Below, one piece after another: positions 7,050 through 14,734 of a stretch of 25,773 nucleotides of DNA. The DNA lies in NCBI GenBank assembly GCA_046727335.1, contig JBKPCL010000008.1:1-25773 (forward strand), read 5' to 3'. A program made the position numbers and the translations under genes. Every line of letters begins with the position of its first letter. Position 1 is the stretch's first letter. The stretch comes from Actinomycetota bacterium. GTDB lineage: Bacteria > Actinomycetota > Acidimicrobiia > IMCC26256 > PALSA-610. The notes below the pieces were generated by a model. The model was not told where the DNA came from. It made no database searches and was given only the letters and a program-made list of their open reading frames with translations.

Positions 7050-8171
7050 GTGAGCACGCCGCCCGTCGACCTACCCAAGAACCTCCGCCCGAGAGACGGC
7101 CGTTTCGGATCCGGACCGTCGAAGGTGCGCGACGAGGCCGTCGCCGCGCTCTCGGATGTCGCGCACGGATATCTCGGCACGAGCCATCGCCGGGAGGGCG
7201 TGCGGTCGGTCGTCCGGCGGATTCGCGAAGGCCTCGGTGAGTTCTTCGCGCTGCCGGACGGTTATGAGCTGCTGCTCGCCAACGGTGGCTCGACGCTGTT
7301 CTGGGACGCGGCCGTGTTCGGGCTCATCGAGCGACGCAGCTCCCACCTCGTACTCGGCGAGTTCTCCTCCAAATTTGCGGCGGCGGCCCAGGCCGCGCCG
7401 CACCTGGACGACCCGCAGATCTGCGAAACGGAACCAGGCAAGGCGCCGAATTTCTTCACGAACGTCGAAGGCGACGTGTACGCCTACCCGCACAACGAGA
7501 CGTCGACCGGCGTGATGGTCCCGTTGCACCGGGCCGACGAGAGCGACGCGCTGGTCGTCGTCGACGGCACCTCCGGTGCGGGCGGATTACGCATGGACGC
7601 CTCCCTTGTCGACGTCTACTACTTCGCGCCACAGAAGTCCTTCGCAAGCGACGGCGGCTTGTGGCTCGCGCTCTGCTCGCCGCGCGCCATCGGCCGCATC
7701 GAAGCAGTGAAGGCGTCGGGACGGTGGATGCCGGCGACGCTCGATTTGTCGATCGCGATCGAGAACTCACGGTTGGAACAGACGTACAACACGCCCGCCC
7801 TCGCGACGCTCTTCCTCCTCGATCAGCAACTGCAGTGGATGCTGGCGCACGGCGGGCTCGAGTTCGCCGCCGACCGCTGCGACGCGTCGGCCGGCATTCT
7901 CTACGGCTGGGCCGATTCGCACGCGCACGCGTCTCCGTTCGTCAGCGACCCCGGCTTCCGGAGCCACGTGACAGCGACGATCGACTTCGACGAGACGGTC
8001 GACGCCGCCGTGCTCGCCGCCGCCCTGCGTGCGAACGGCATCGTGGATGTCGAGCCCTATCGGAAGCTGGGTCGCAACCAGCTCCGCATCGCGATGTTCC
8101 CCGCGATCGATCCCGAGGACATCGAGACCCTCACCCGCGCCATCGACTACCTGATCGAGCGGCTCGCTTGA
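7050..8171 (+). CDS. serC: phosphoserine aminotransferase, actinobacterial SerC type (class V aminotransferase)
   Basis: GTG at 7050 gives VSTPPVDLPKNLRPRDGRFGSGPSKV...YYFAPQKSFASDGGLWLA...NTPALATLFLLDQQLQWM...RKLGRNQLRIAMFPAIDPEDIETL, matching the mycobacterial-type SerC family. The track ORF 6846 N-extension is Arg-rich shadow. Confidence 0.8.
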   Translation: MSTPPVDLPKNLRPRDGRFGSGPSKVRDEAVAALSDVAHGYLGTSHRREGVRSVVRRIREGLGEFFALPDGYELLLANGGSTLFWDAAVFGLIERRSSHLVLGEFSSKFAAAAQAAPHLDDPQICETEPGKAPNFFTNVEGDVYAYPHNETSTGVMVPLHRADESDALVVVDGTSGAGGLRMDASLVDVYYFAPQKSFASDGGLWLALCSPRAIGRIEAVKASGRWMPATLDLSIAIENSRLEQTYNTPALATLFLLDQQLQWMLAHGGLEFAADRCDASAGILYGWADSHAHASPFVSDPGFRSHVTATIDFDETVDAAVLAAALRANGIVDVEPYRKLGRNQLRIAMFPAIDPEDIETLTRAIDYLIERLA

Positions 8172-8198
8172 CGGCATTCGACGTGCGATAGTGCCGAC

Positions 8199-9647
8199 GT
8201 GGTACCCGATGGGCTCGTCGCGGTCGTGAAGCGGGACTGCCCGACCTGTCAGCTCGTGGTGCCGGTGCTCGCGCAGCTGGCGCAGCACGGCACAGGCGGC
8301 GGGGAGCCGCTCATTATTTACTCACAGGACGATCCGACATTCCCGGACGGCCTCCACGCGCGCGATGACACCGGCCTCGAGCTGTCGTTCGCGCTCGATA
8401 TCGACACGGTGCCGACGCTGCTGCGCATGAAGCGTGGTGAGGTCGTCGATCGGACCGAGGGCTGGGAGCGGAGCCGCTGGGAGTCGTTGACCGGCATCGA
8501 CGAGCTCGGTCCCGGTCTCCCTGACTGGCGACCGGGTTGCGGATCGCGCACGCACGATCCGGATGTCGTCGACGCCCGCACCGTCGCAGCGACGTTGCCG
8601 AAGCTGCGCGCGCGCCGGATCGAGTTCGGCGAGTCCGAGGACGAGCACGAAGCGATGTTCGCCCGCGGGTGGAGCGACGGTCTGCCGCTCGTGCCGCCGA
8701 CCCCGGAGCGCGTCGCGCGCATGCTGGCCGGCACGCACAGAGATCCCGCCGACGTCGTCGCCGTGGTGCCGCCCGATCTCGTCGAGTGCACCGTCGAGAA
8801 GATCGCGATCAACGCGGTCACGGCCGGCTGCCGTCCGGAGTATCTGCCGGTCGTGATCGCGGCGGTGGCAGCCGCGTGCACGGACGAGTTCAACATCCAT
8901 GGTGTCCTCGCGACGACGTGGTTCGCGGGCCCACTCGTCATCGTCAACGGACCGATCGCACGGCGGATCGGCATGAACTCGGGGGTCAACGCGCTCGGCC
9001 AGGGCAATCGCGCCAACGCGAGCATCGGCCGCGCGCTGCAGCTCGTCGTCCGCAACGTCGGCGGCGGCCGCCCGGGTGAGGTCGACCGAGCAACACTCGG
9101 CAACCCCGGCAAGTACACGTTCTGCTTCGCGGAGGACGAAGCCGGATCGCCGTGGGAACCGTTGCACGTCGAGCGCGGCCTCACGCCCGATACTTCCGCA
9201 GTGACGCTGTTCGCGGCCGAGGGCGCACGGGGCGTCGTCGATCAGCTGTCTCGCAATCCCGAGTCGCTGGCGCGCAGTTTCGCCGCGTGCCTGCGCACCG
9301 TCGCGCACCCGAAGAACGTGATCATCTGGGATGCGGTGCTCGTCGTGTCGCCCGAGCATGGTCGGGTGTTCCGCGAAGCCGGCTGGTCGAAGGCGCGTCT
9401 GCGCGAGGAGCTCGATGGGCTGCTGCAGATCCCGGGCGAAGAGGTCGTGCGCGGCGCAGGCGGCGTTGCCGAAGGGATGCCCGAACAGTTACGGGCGTTG
9501 ACGCTCCCCAAGTTCCGCGACGGCGGACTACAGATAGTCCATGCGGGCGGCGGTGCGGGACTGTTCTCGGCGATCATCGGCGGGTGGGCGAGCGGGGCGA
9601 TTGGCAGTGAACCGGTGACCCGACGCATCGAGGAGCCAGCACCGTGA
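8199..9647 (+). CDS. thioredoxin-like (CPTC) domain fused to a ~400-aa uncharacterised domain; first gene of the UGSC selenoprotein operon
   Basis: The N-terminus VAVVKRDCPTCQLVVPVLAQLAQHG...VPTLLRMKRGEVV is a thioredoxin fold with a CxxC motif. The large C-terminal domain (…GVLATTWFAGPLVIVNGPIARRIGMNSGVNALGQGNRANASIGRALQLV…) could not be assigned to a named family. Its stop overlaps the next gene's GTG in a GTGA junction. Confidence 0.7.
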   Translation: MVPDGLVAVVKRDCPTCQLVVPVLAQLAQHGTGGGEPLIIYSQDDPTFPDGLHARDDTGLELSFALDIDTVPTLLRMKRGEVVDRTEGWERSRWESLTGIDELGPGLPDWRPGCGSRTHDPDVVDARTVAATLPKLRARRIEFGESEDEHEAMFARGWSDGLPLVPPTPERVARMLAGTHRDPADVVAVVPPDLVECTVEKIAINAVTAGCRPEYLPVVIAAVAAACTDEFNIHGVLATTWFAGPLVIVNGPIARRIGMNSGVNALGQGNRANASIGRALQLVVRNVGGGRPGEVDRATLGNPGKYTFCFAEDEAGSPWEPLHVERGLTPDTSAVTLFAAEGARGVVDQLSRNPESLARSFAACLRTVAHPKNVIIWDAVLVVSPEHGRVFREAGWSKARLREELDGLLQIPGEEVVRGAGGVAEGMPEQLRALTLPKFRDGGLQIVHAGGGAGLFSAIIGGWASGAIGSEPVTRRIEEPAP

Positions 9648-10174
9648 CGAGAACCGTCCTCGACCCGACGTCTGAACGGCAGCCGACGACGCGCGAGCGG
9701 GCGCCGCGTCCGCCGTCGATCGACGGCCGGCGGGTCGCGCTGCTCGACATCTCGAAGCCGCGAGGCAACGTCTACCTCGACCGGCTCGAGGAGTTGCTGC
9801 GAGCACGCGGCGTGGAGGTCGAGCGATTCGCCAAGCCGACGTTCACGAAACCGGCGCCCGTCGACCTGCGGCACGAGATCACGACGAAGTGCGACGTCGT
9901 CATCGAAGCGCTCGCCGATTGAGGATCGTGCACGTCGTGCAGTGTGCACGACACCGTCAACATCGAAGCGGCGGGCGTGCCGATGGTATTCGTCGCGTCC
10001 ACCGAGTTCGTCGACGCGGCCGCGGCGCAGGCGCGTGCGCTCGGCGCCGATCCCGCGCGAGTCTTCGTGCCACATCCGATCCAGGACCGGACCGACGAAG
10101 AGCTGCGGGCTTTGGCCGACGAGTCGCTCGAGGCAATCCTCGAGACGATCATCGGGGGCCTCGCCCCGGGATGA
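9644..10174 (+). CDS. UGSC-family selenoprotein (176 aa) with in-frame TGA = selenocysteine at 9920-9922 in a U-G-S-C (UxxC) redox motif
   Basis: Track ORFs 9644..9922 and 9944..10174 share one frame and are separated only by the TGA. The read-through product is ...KCDVVIEALAD-U-GSCTSCSVHDTVNIEAAGVPMVFVASTEF..., reproducing the family-defining UGSC motif (CGSC in Cys-homologues). A strong hairpin starts 4-11 nt after the TGA. Confidence 0.7.
9926..9952 (+). promoter_or_regulatory. candidate bacterial SECIS element (stem-loop directing Sec insertion at UGA 9920-9922)
   Basis: cgtgcacGTCGTGCAgtgTGCACGACac can form two alternative 8-bp helices. One pairs 9934-9941 with 9945-9952. The other pairs the GTGCAC palindromes at 9926-9933 and 9944-9951 around a 10-nt loop. 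Either helix starts 4-11 nt downstream of the UGA, the expected bSECIS spacing. Confidence 0.45.
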
Positions 10175-10189
10175 GGGAGCGAGGCTGCA

Positions 10190-10891
10190 TTGCTATTGCT
10201 GCACGAACTGCACACGGTTGCCGGCCGTCACGAGGACGACTTCGAGACGGCCTTCCGTGACGGCTGGATGCCGCAGGTCGCGACCGACTCCGGCGCCCGC
10301 CTCCTCTATTACCTGAAGCTCGCGCACGGCACCGGCCGCGCGTACCACGTCGTAACCATCACCGTGTTGCGCGACGGCGGCGCGTACGAGCGGCTCGTGC
10401 AACGCGTGCAGCGAGGTGATCTGCGCGCCTGGGCCGCGGACGTCGACCGGTTCCGGCATGAGGTCGAAGGAAAGGTCCTCGTCCCCGTCGAATGGTCACC
10501 GATGCGGGACGTCGACTTCGCGTCCGTTCCGACCGACGGCCGCACGCACGAGAGCGCGCTCTACATGGAGGACAGCGCGTGGCCCTACGAGGCAAAGCTC
10601 GACACGTATCTCGAGGCGGCCCGCACGCACTACGCGCCGAGTCTCGAGCAGCGGACAGAACGGTCGCTGCTCACGCTGCTCGCCGTCTTCCAAGCCGCGC
10701 TCGGCGCACCGCGCCGCCGCGAGGTCGTCTTGTGGCAGCGGGTCGACTTCCCGGAACGCTTGCCCGCATTGTTCACGCGCGAGTTGCCGCCCCACGTCAA
10801 GGGACCGGGCACATGGATGCACGACGCGCTCGAGGTGCGTGACGACTGGCAGAGCCGCCTGCTCCGCACCGCCGAGTGGAGCCCCTACTGA
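10190..10891 (+). CDS. NIPSNAP-like / Dabb-fold protein (233 aa), last gene of the selenoprotein operon
   Basis: The TTG start lies 16 nt after the UGSC stop and is preceded by GGGAGCGAGG. The N-terminal ~100 aa (HELHTVAGRHEDDFETAFRDGWMPQV...LLYYLKLAHGTGRAYHVVTITVLRDGGAYERLVQRVQ...WAADVDRFR) fits the NIPSNAP/stress-responsive dimeric alpha+beta barrel pattern. Confidence 0.5.
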   Translation: MLLLHELHTVAGRHEDDFETAFRDGWMPQVATDSGARLLYYLKLAHGTGRAYHVVTITVLRDGGAYERLVQRVQRGDLRAWAADVDRFRHEVEGKVLVPVEWSPMRDVDFASVPTDGRTHESALYMEDSAWPYEAKLDTYLEAARTHYAPSLEQRTERSLLTLLAVFQAALGAPRRREVVLWQRVDFPERLPALFTRELPPHVKGPGTWMHDALEVRDDWQSRLLRTAEWSPY

Positions 10892-10911
10892 GTCCACCGC
10901 AACGAACCGGC

Positions 10912-10944
10912 GTGACCAGCAGCCCCGTCAGGGCTGTCAGTCAC
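10912..10944. terminator. hairpin between convergent genes (possible bidirectional intrinsic terminator, I-shaped)
   Basis: GTGACcagCAGCCCcgtcaGGGCTGtcaGTCAC is a nested inverted repeat. It lies between the NIPSNAP-like gene stop (10891) and the stop of the minus-strand membrane protein gene (10960). Confidence 0.3.
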
Positions 10945-10959
10945 GCCAGTTGGAGGTCG

Positions 10960-12150
10960 CTACGAGCTCCAGGCCGTGCCGCCGAGTTTGCCGCCGAGCT
11001 CGGGGCACTCGCCGCTGAAGACGCCCCAGCTGCACTCGAAGCCGGGAACGACCCACGCGTGCAGCATCCAGATGTCGGTCAGCAATGTCTTGCGGCCGCC
11101 GAGCGCCCGGCACTGCTGCTCGCTCGTCGACTCGGCGCCGACGACGAGACCGCCGCGCAGGCACAACCCGCCGTTGGCGTTGTGCTGGTGCCAGTGGTCG
11201 TTCGTGCCCGCAAAGCCGTCGGGCGCGCCGTTTGGGTGGTACACGAGGTAGCTGAGACCGACGAGCTTCGCGTCGGGCGATGTTCCGTCGTACAGCAGCT
11301 CGGACGGGGTCGACGGGTTGAACGACCCCGCGAGTCCGGTGTTCGTGTAGTGCGCGCCGATGCACGGCACGTACACCGTCGACATCGAATAGCCGCCGGC
11401 CTCGGCGTCCTTGACGGTCGGGTACCTGGTCACGACGGTGCGTGCCTGCACCATCTGTTGTTTGAGCGTGACGCGCTCCGGCTGCGTGAGCGGGACTTGC
11501 ACCACCATGCCGCGCGCGCCGTGCTCCTCTTCCTGAATAACGGCGGTGGCGTCGCCGCCCGACCCGCCCGTCCCGCTGCCGATCTGGCCCGGCGACAACG
11601 GCGTGGGGCTCGCCTTTTCGCACGGCGAGCTGCCGGTGGCGGTTCCGGGGATCACGTCACCGTGACTGTGCGTCGCTGCGGTCGTTGCGCCCGACCCGCC
11701 GGTGGTGTGCACATGGGAGTGCGTCGTTGCGCTCGACGACGCAAGCGCGGTCGCGGGTGAAGCAGCTGCAGGCGCGGGTGCCACGCCGGCGCCGTCCGCG
11801 AGACCGGAGTTGCCCGCAGCCGCGGCGCAGCCGGCGATGAGCGCGACTGCCGCACCCGGCGCGAGGTACTGGGCGAGGCGCCGCCATACGGTCGTCTCGT
11901 GGCCGTGTTCGTAGAGCGTGACGAGCTGCGAGCTGCACAGCGTGACCACCAAGCCGATCGCGACGAGGCACAAGCCCGCGAAGAAGACGGCGTGCGGCAG
12001 GCTCGAGAGATCGAAGATGCCTTGCCGTTGCGCGAGCGTCGGATCCTTGGAGCGGCGAATCGCTTCGGCGATGAGCCCGCCGACTTGCGCGACGACACCC
12101 AGGACGAGCATCCAGATGCCGACTCTGCGCAGTTCCACGCGCGATCTCAT
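10960..12150 (-). CDS. membrane-anchored protein with His-rich linker and Cys-containing extracytoplasmic domain; function unknown
   Basis: The 396-aa product has N-terminal TM helices (IWMLVLGVVAQVGGLIAEAI, AVFFAGLCLVAIGLVVTLC). The linker reads THSHVHTTGGSGATTAATHSHGD. The C-terminal domain has paired Cys (VPCIGAHY…QQCRALGG…GFECSWGVFSGECPELGG). No family was recognised. Confidence 0.5.
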   Translation of the reverse strand: MRSRVELRRVGIWMLVLGVVAQVGGLIAEAIRRSKDPTLAQRQGIFDLSSLPHAVFFAGLCLVAIGLVVTLCSSQLVTLYEHGHETTVWRRLAQYLAPGAAVALIAGCAAAAGNSGLADGAGVAPAPAAASPATALASSSATTHSHVHTTGGSGATTAATHSHGDVIPGTATGSSPCEKASPTPLSPGQIGSGTGGSGGDATAVIQEEEHGARGMVVQVPLTQPERVTLKQQMVQARTVVTRYPTVKDAEAGGYSMSTVYVPCIGAHYTNTGLAGSFNPSTPSELLYDGTSPDAKLVGLSYLVYHPNGAPDGFAGTNDHWHQHNANGGLCLRGGLVVGAESTSEQQCRALGGRKTLLTDIWMLHAWVVPGFECSWGVFSGECPELGGKLGGTAWSS

Positions 12151-12236
12151 GCGAACCCTCCATGCACGGGCACGGCTACGTGCACGGCGCGTGCAAGCTT
12201 ACGCCCGGACCGGCAGCGGCAACACCGCGGCTGTGC

Positions 12237-13439
12237 TCACGCACAGGCGGCAGCCCTACTGGCCAGCGCCGATGTCCGCCGCCACTCCCGGAGCTGGTGT
12301 TGGTCAAGTCCGTTGGTCAGGTAACAGAACGAGATCCCGCTCTCCGGATCGGCGAACGCGACCTGGCCGCCCGCACCGTTGTGACCGAACGCGCGCGGAG
12401 ACACCGTGTGGCCCATGCCCCGGAAGTGTGAGCGGCCGTCGTCGCCCGCGACGACGAGGCCTCGGGTGCGATTCGCAGGTGTGCCGAGATAGTCAGGGAA
12501 GGTGTTGCGGACCGTTCCCGTCGCGTCCGCGAGCACCTCCGGCTTCCAGATGCCGGCCGGGTCGTGCAGCAACGCTTGGTAGTAGAGCGCGAGGTCGGCT
12601 GCGGTCGAAACGCCACCACCACCCGGCACACCGACGGCGCGCACTTGAGGCTGGTTGAACGAAATCAACGCTTCGGGCGTCACTTCGGTGACGGGCAACG
12701 CCGGGATTCCGATCGCTGCCTCGAGCTCCGCGGCGGTGAGCGGCTCACCCGTCAGAACGAGTTCGTTGATGTCACCTTGGTCGCTCGACGGAACACCGAG
12801 CTGCAAGCCGTGCAGGCCGAGCGGTTGCGTGATCCGCGTCCGCACGAAGTCACGAAAGTCCTCGCCCGTGCACCGCTCGATGAGCTCGGCCAGCACCCAG
12901 TGTGCGGACGTCGGGTGGTACTCGAACCGCGTTCCCGGTTCCCAGTTGCAGCGCCAGCGGGCAAAGCGTGCGAGGCGACGGTCGCGGTCGTCCCAGTCGA
13001 GCGCGTTGAAGGGCGCGTGCGGAAAGCCGGACGTGTGGAGGAGTACCTGCTCGACGGTGATGACGTCCTTGCCGTTCGTCGCGAACTCGGGCACGTAGTG
13101 CGCGACCGGCCGCGTGACGTCGAGCGCGCCTTCACCAATCAGAATCCAGACCGCGCCGGCCACCAACGCCTTCGTGCACGAGAAGATGACGTACCGAGAG
13201 TCGGGCTCGGCATCGCCCAGTGTGCGCCAGACCGCGACGCGTCCGTCGCGGGCGATCGCGATCTGGCACGACGGTGTGTGGCCCGCGTCCACCTCGCGCT
13301 GCGCTCGCGCGAACAGGTCGGCGACCTTGTCAGCGTCGAGGCCGAGCTCGGTTGGGTCGTCGACGGCTGTCCTCACGAACGGAGCACTGGGCATGACGAC
13401 GAGCGTAACGGGGTGCGCGGAGAAGCGCCCGCGGGGCAC
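12237..13439 (-). CDS. serine hydrolase, class C beta-lactamase/transpeptidase-like fold
   Basis: The SxxK motif is present as FSCTKALVAGAV, with an overall AmpC/esterase-like pattern (YxN-like region, GGGGVSTAADLALYY). An alternative ATG start at ~13394 (MPSAPFVRT...) is equally likely. Confidence 0.8.
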   Translation of the reverse strand: MPRGRFSAHPVTLVVMPSAPFVRTAVDDPTELGLDADKVADLFARAQREVDAGHTPSCQIAIARDGRVAVWRTLGDAEPDSRYVIFSCTKALVAGAVWILIGEGALDVTRPVAHYVPEFATNGKDVITVEQVLLHTSGFPHAPFNALDWDDRDRRLARFARWRCNWEPGTRFEYHPTSAHWVLAELIERCTGEDFRDFVRTRITQPLGLHGLQLGVPSSDQGDINELVLTGEPLTAAELEAAIGIPALPVTEVTPEALISFNQPQVRAVGVPGGGGVSTAADLALYYQALLHDPAGIWKPEVLADATGTVRNTFPDYLGTPANRTRGLVVAGDDGRSHFRGMGHTVSPRAFGHNGAGGQVAFADPESGISFCYLTNGLDQHQLREWRRTSALASRAAACA

Positions 13440-13450
13440 ACTTCTCCGCC

Positions 13451-14677
13451 ATGGACTTCAACGACTCTGCGGAAGAAGCGGCCTGGCGCGCGGAATGCCG
13501 GGCATGGCTCGACGAGCATGCACCCGACGTTGCCGGACCGAGTTCGGGCGGCGCGCTCGAACCCGGCGGCCCGGAGTACCTGAGCAGAGCGAAGCGCTGG
13601 CAGGCGATGAAGTTCGACGCCGGCCTCGCGCGCATCACCTGGGAGCCGGAGTTCGGCGGCCGCAACGGCACCACGACGCAGCAGATCATCTTCGGACAGG
13701 AGGAGGCGAAGTACCCCGTCCCGACAGAATCGTTCGTGATCGGCCTCGGGATGATCGCCCCGACAATCCGCGCCGTCGGGACCGACGCGCAGAAACAGCG
13801 ATACCTCACCAAGCTGCTTCGCGGTGAAGAGATCTGGTGTCAGCTGTTCAGCGAACCCGGAGCGGGTTCCGATGTCGCGTCCCTGTCGATGACGGCGACA
13901 CGCGACGGCGACGAGTGGGTGCTGAACGGGCAGAAGGTGTGGACGTCCGGCGCCCAGTACGCCGACTTCGGCGAGATCATCTGCCGCACTGCACCGGACG
14001 CGGAGAAGCACAAGGGCATCACCGCGTTCCTGGTCGACATGCGTTCGCCGGGCGTCACGATCAAGCCGCTCAGGCAGATGAACGGCGGCGCCGCGTTCAA
14101 CGAAGTGTTCTTCGACGACGTGCGCGTCCCGCACGAGCACGTGCTCGGCGCGCCGAACGAGGGTTGGAACGTGGCGATCACGACGCTGATGAACGAGCGC
14201 GTCGCGATCGGCTCGGCGGGCGGCGGCGGCGCCCGTTTCAACGTCCACGATGTCATCGCGCTCGCCCGGCGCCGGGGCGCAGCGTCCGATCCCGGAGTGC
14301 GCCAACAGCTCGCCGGCCTCTACGCCAAGAGCCGCATCCAGCGATTCCTGTCGATGCGCACGCTGACGGCCGCGTCGCAGGGCAAGATGCCCGGCCCGGA
14401 AGGATCGATCGGGAAGCTGTTCGGCGCCCGCGTCATGACCGAGCTCGGCGAGCTCGCACTCGCGATCACTGGTGCCGCTGGTGTCGCGGGCGACATCCAC
14501 GCCGACGGCGAGGACTATCGCTGGCATCAGCCCCTGCTCGCCGCGCCGGCCGCGCACATTGCGGGCGGCTCGGACGAGGTAATGAAGAACATCATCGGCG
14601 AGCGCGTGCTGGGTCTGCCGGGCGAGCCGCGCACCGACAAGGGCATCCCCTGGCGGGACGTCCCCAGGAGCGCGTGA
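13451..14677 (+). CDS. acyl-CoA dehydrogenase family protein (FadE-like)
   Basis: The 408-aa product reads ...IWCQLFSEPGAGSDVASLSMTATRDGDEWVLNGQKVWTSGAQYADF...AFLVDMRSPGVTIKP..., showing the ACAD middle beta-barrel and flanking helical domains. Confidence 0.85.
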   Translation: MDFNDSAEEAAWRAECRAWLDEHAPDVAGPSSGGALEPGGPEYLSRAKRWQAMKFDAGLARITWEPEFGGRNGTTTQQIIFGQEEAKYPVPTESFVIGLGMIAPTIRAVGTDAQKQRYLTKLLRGEEIWCQLFSEPGAGSDVASLSMTATRDGDEWVLNGQKVWTSGAQYADFGEIICRTAPDAEKHKGITAFLVDMRSPGVTIKPLRQMNGGAAFNEVFFDDVRVPHEHVLGAPNEGWNVAITTLMNERVAIGSAGGGGARFNVHDVIALARRRGAASDPGVRQQLAGLYAKSRIQRFLSMRTLTAASQGKMPGPEGSIGKLFGARVMTELGELALAITGAAGVAGDIHADGEDYRWHQPLLAAPAAHIAGGSDEVMKNIIGERVLGLPGEPRTDKGIPWRDVPRSA

Positions 14678-14692
14678 CAACCCCCACGAACT

Positions 14693-14731
14693 TGCGTCAG
14701 TTGTGTACGTCCCGTGTAGCTAACTGACGCA
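14693..14731. terminator. hairpin between convergent acyl-CoA dehydrogenase and SPFH genes (candidate bidirectional terminator)
   Basis: TGCGTCAGTT-gtgtacgtcccgtgtagct-AACTGACGCA is a perfect 10-bp inverted repeat around a 19-nt loop. It lies in the 57-nt gap between stops at 14677 (+) and 14735 (-). Confidence 0.4.
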
Positions 14732-14734
14732 GGT

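Noticed and set aside
8318-9359. 288- and 345-aa minus-strand ORFs, and 8537..9079 (+), 9152..9610 (+), 9242..10075 (-)
   Set aside because: They are antisense or alternate frames of the thioredoxin-fusion gene, extremely Arg-rich, and carry no domains.
9889-10316. Alternate-frame ORFs 9889..10260 and 9942..10316 across the selenoprotein 3' half
   Set aside because: The in-frame UGSC read-through explains this region with a conserved family motif. These alternatives are Arg-rich.
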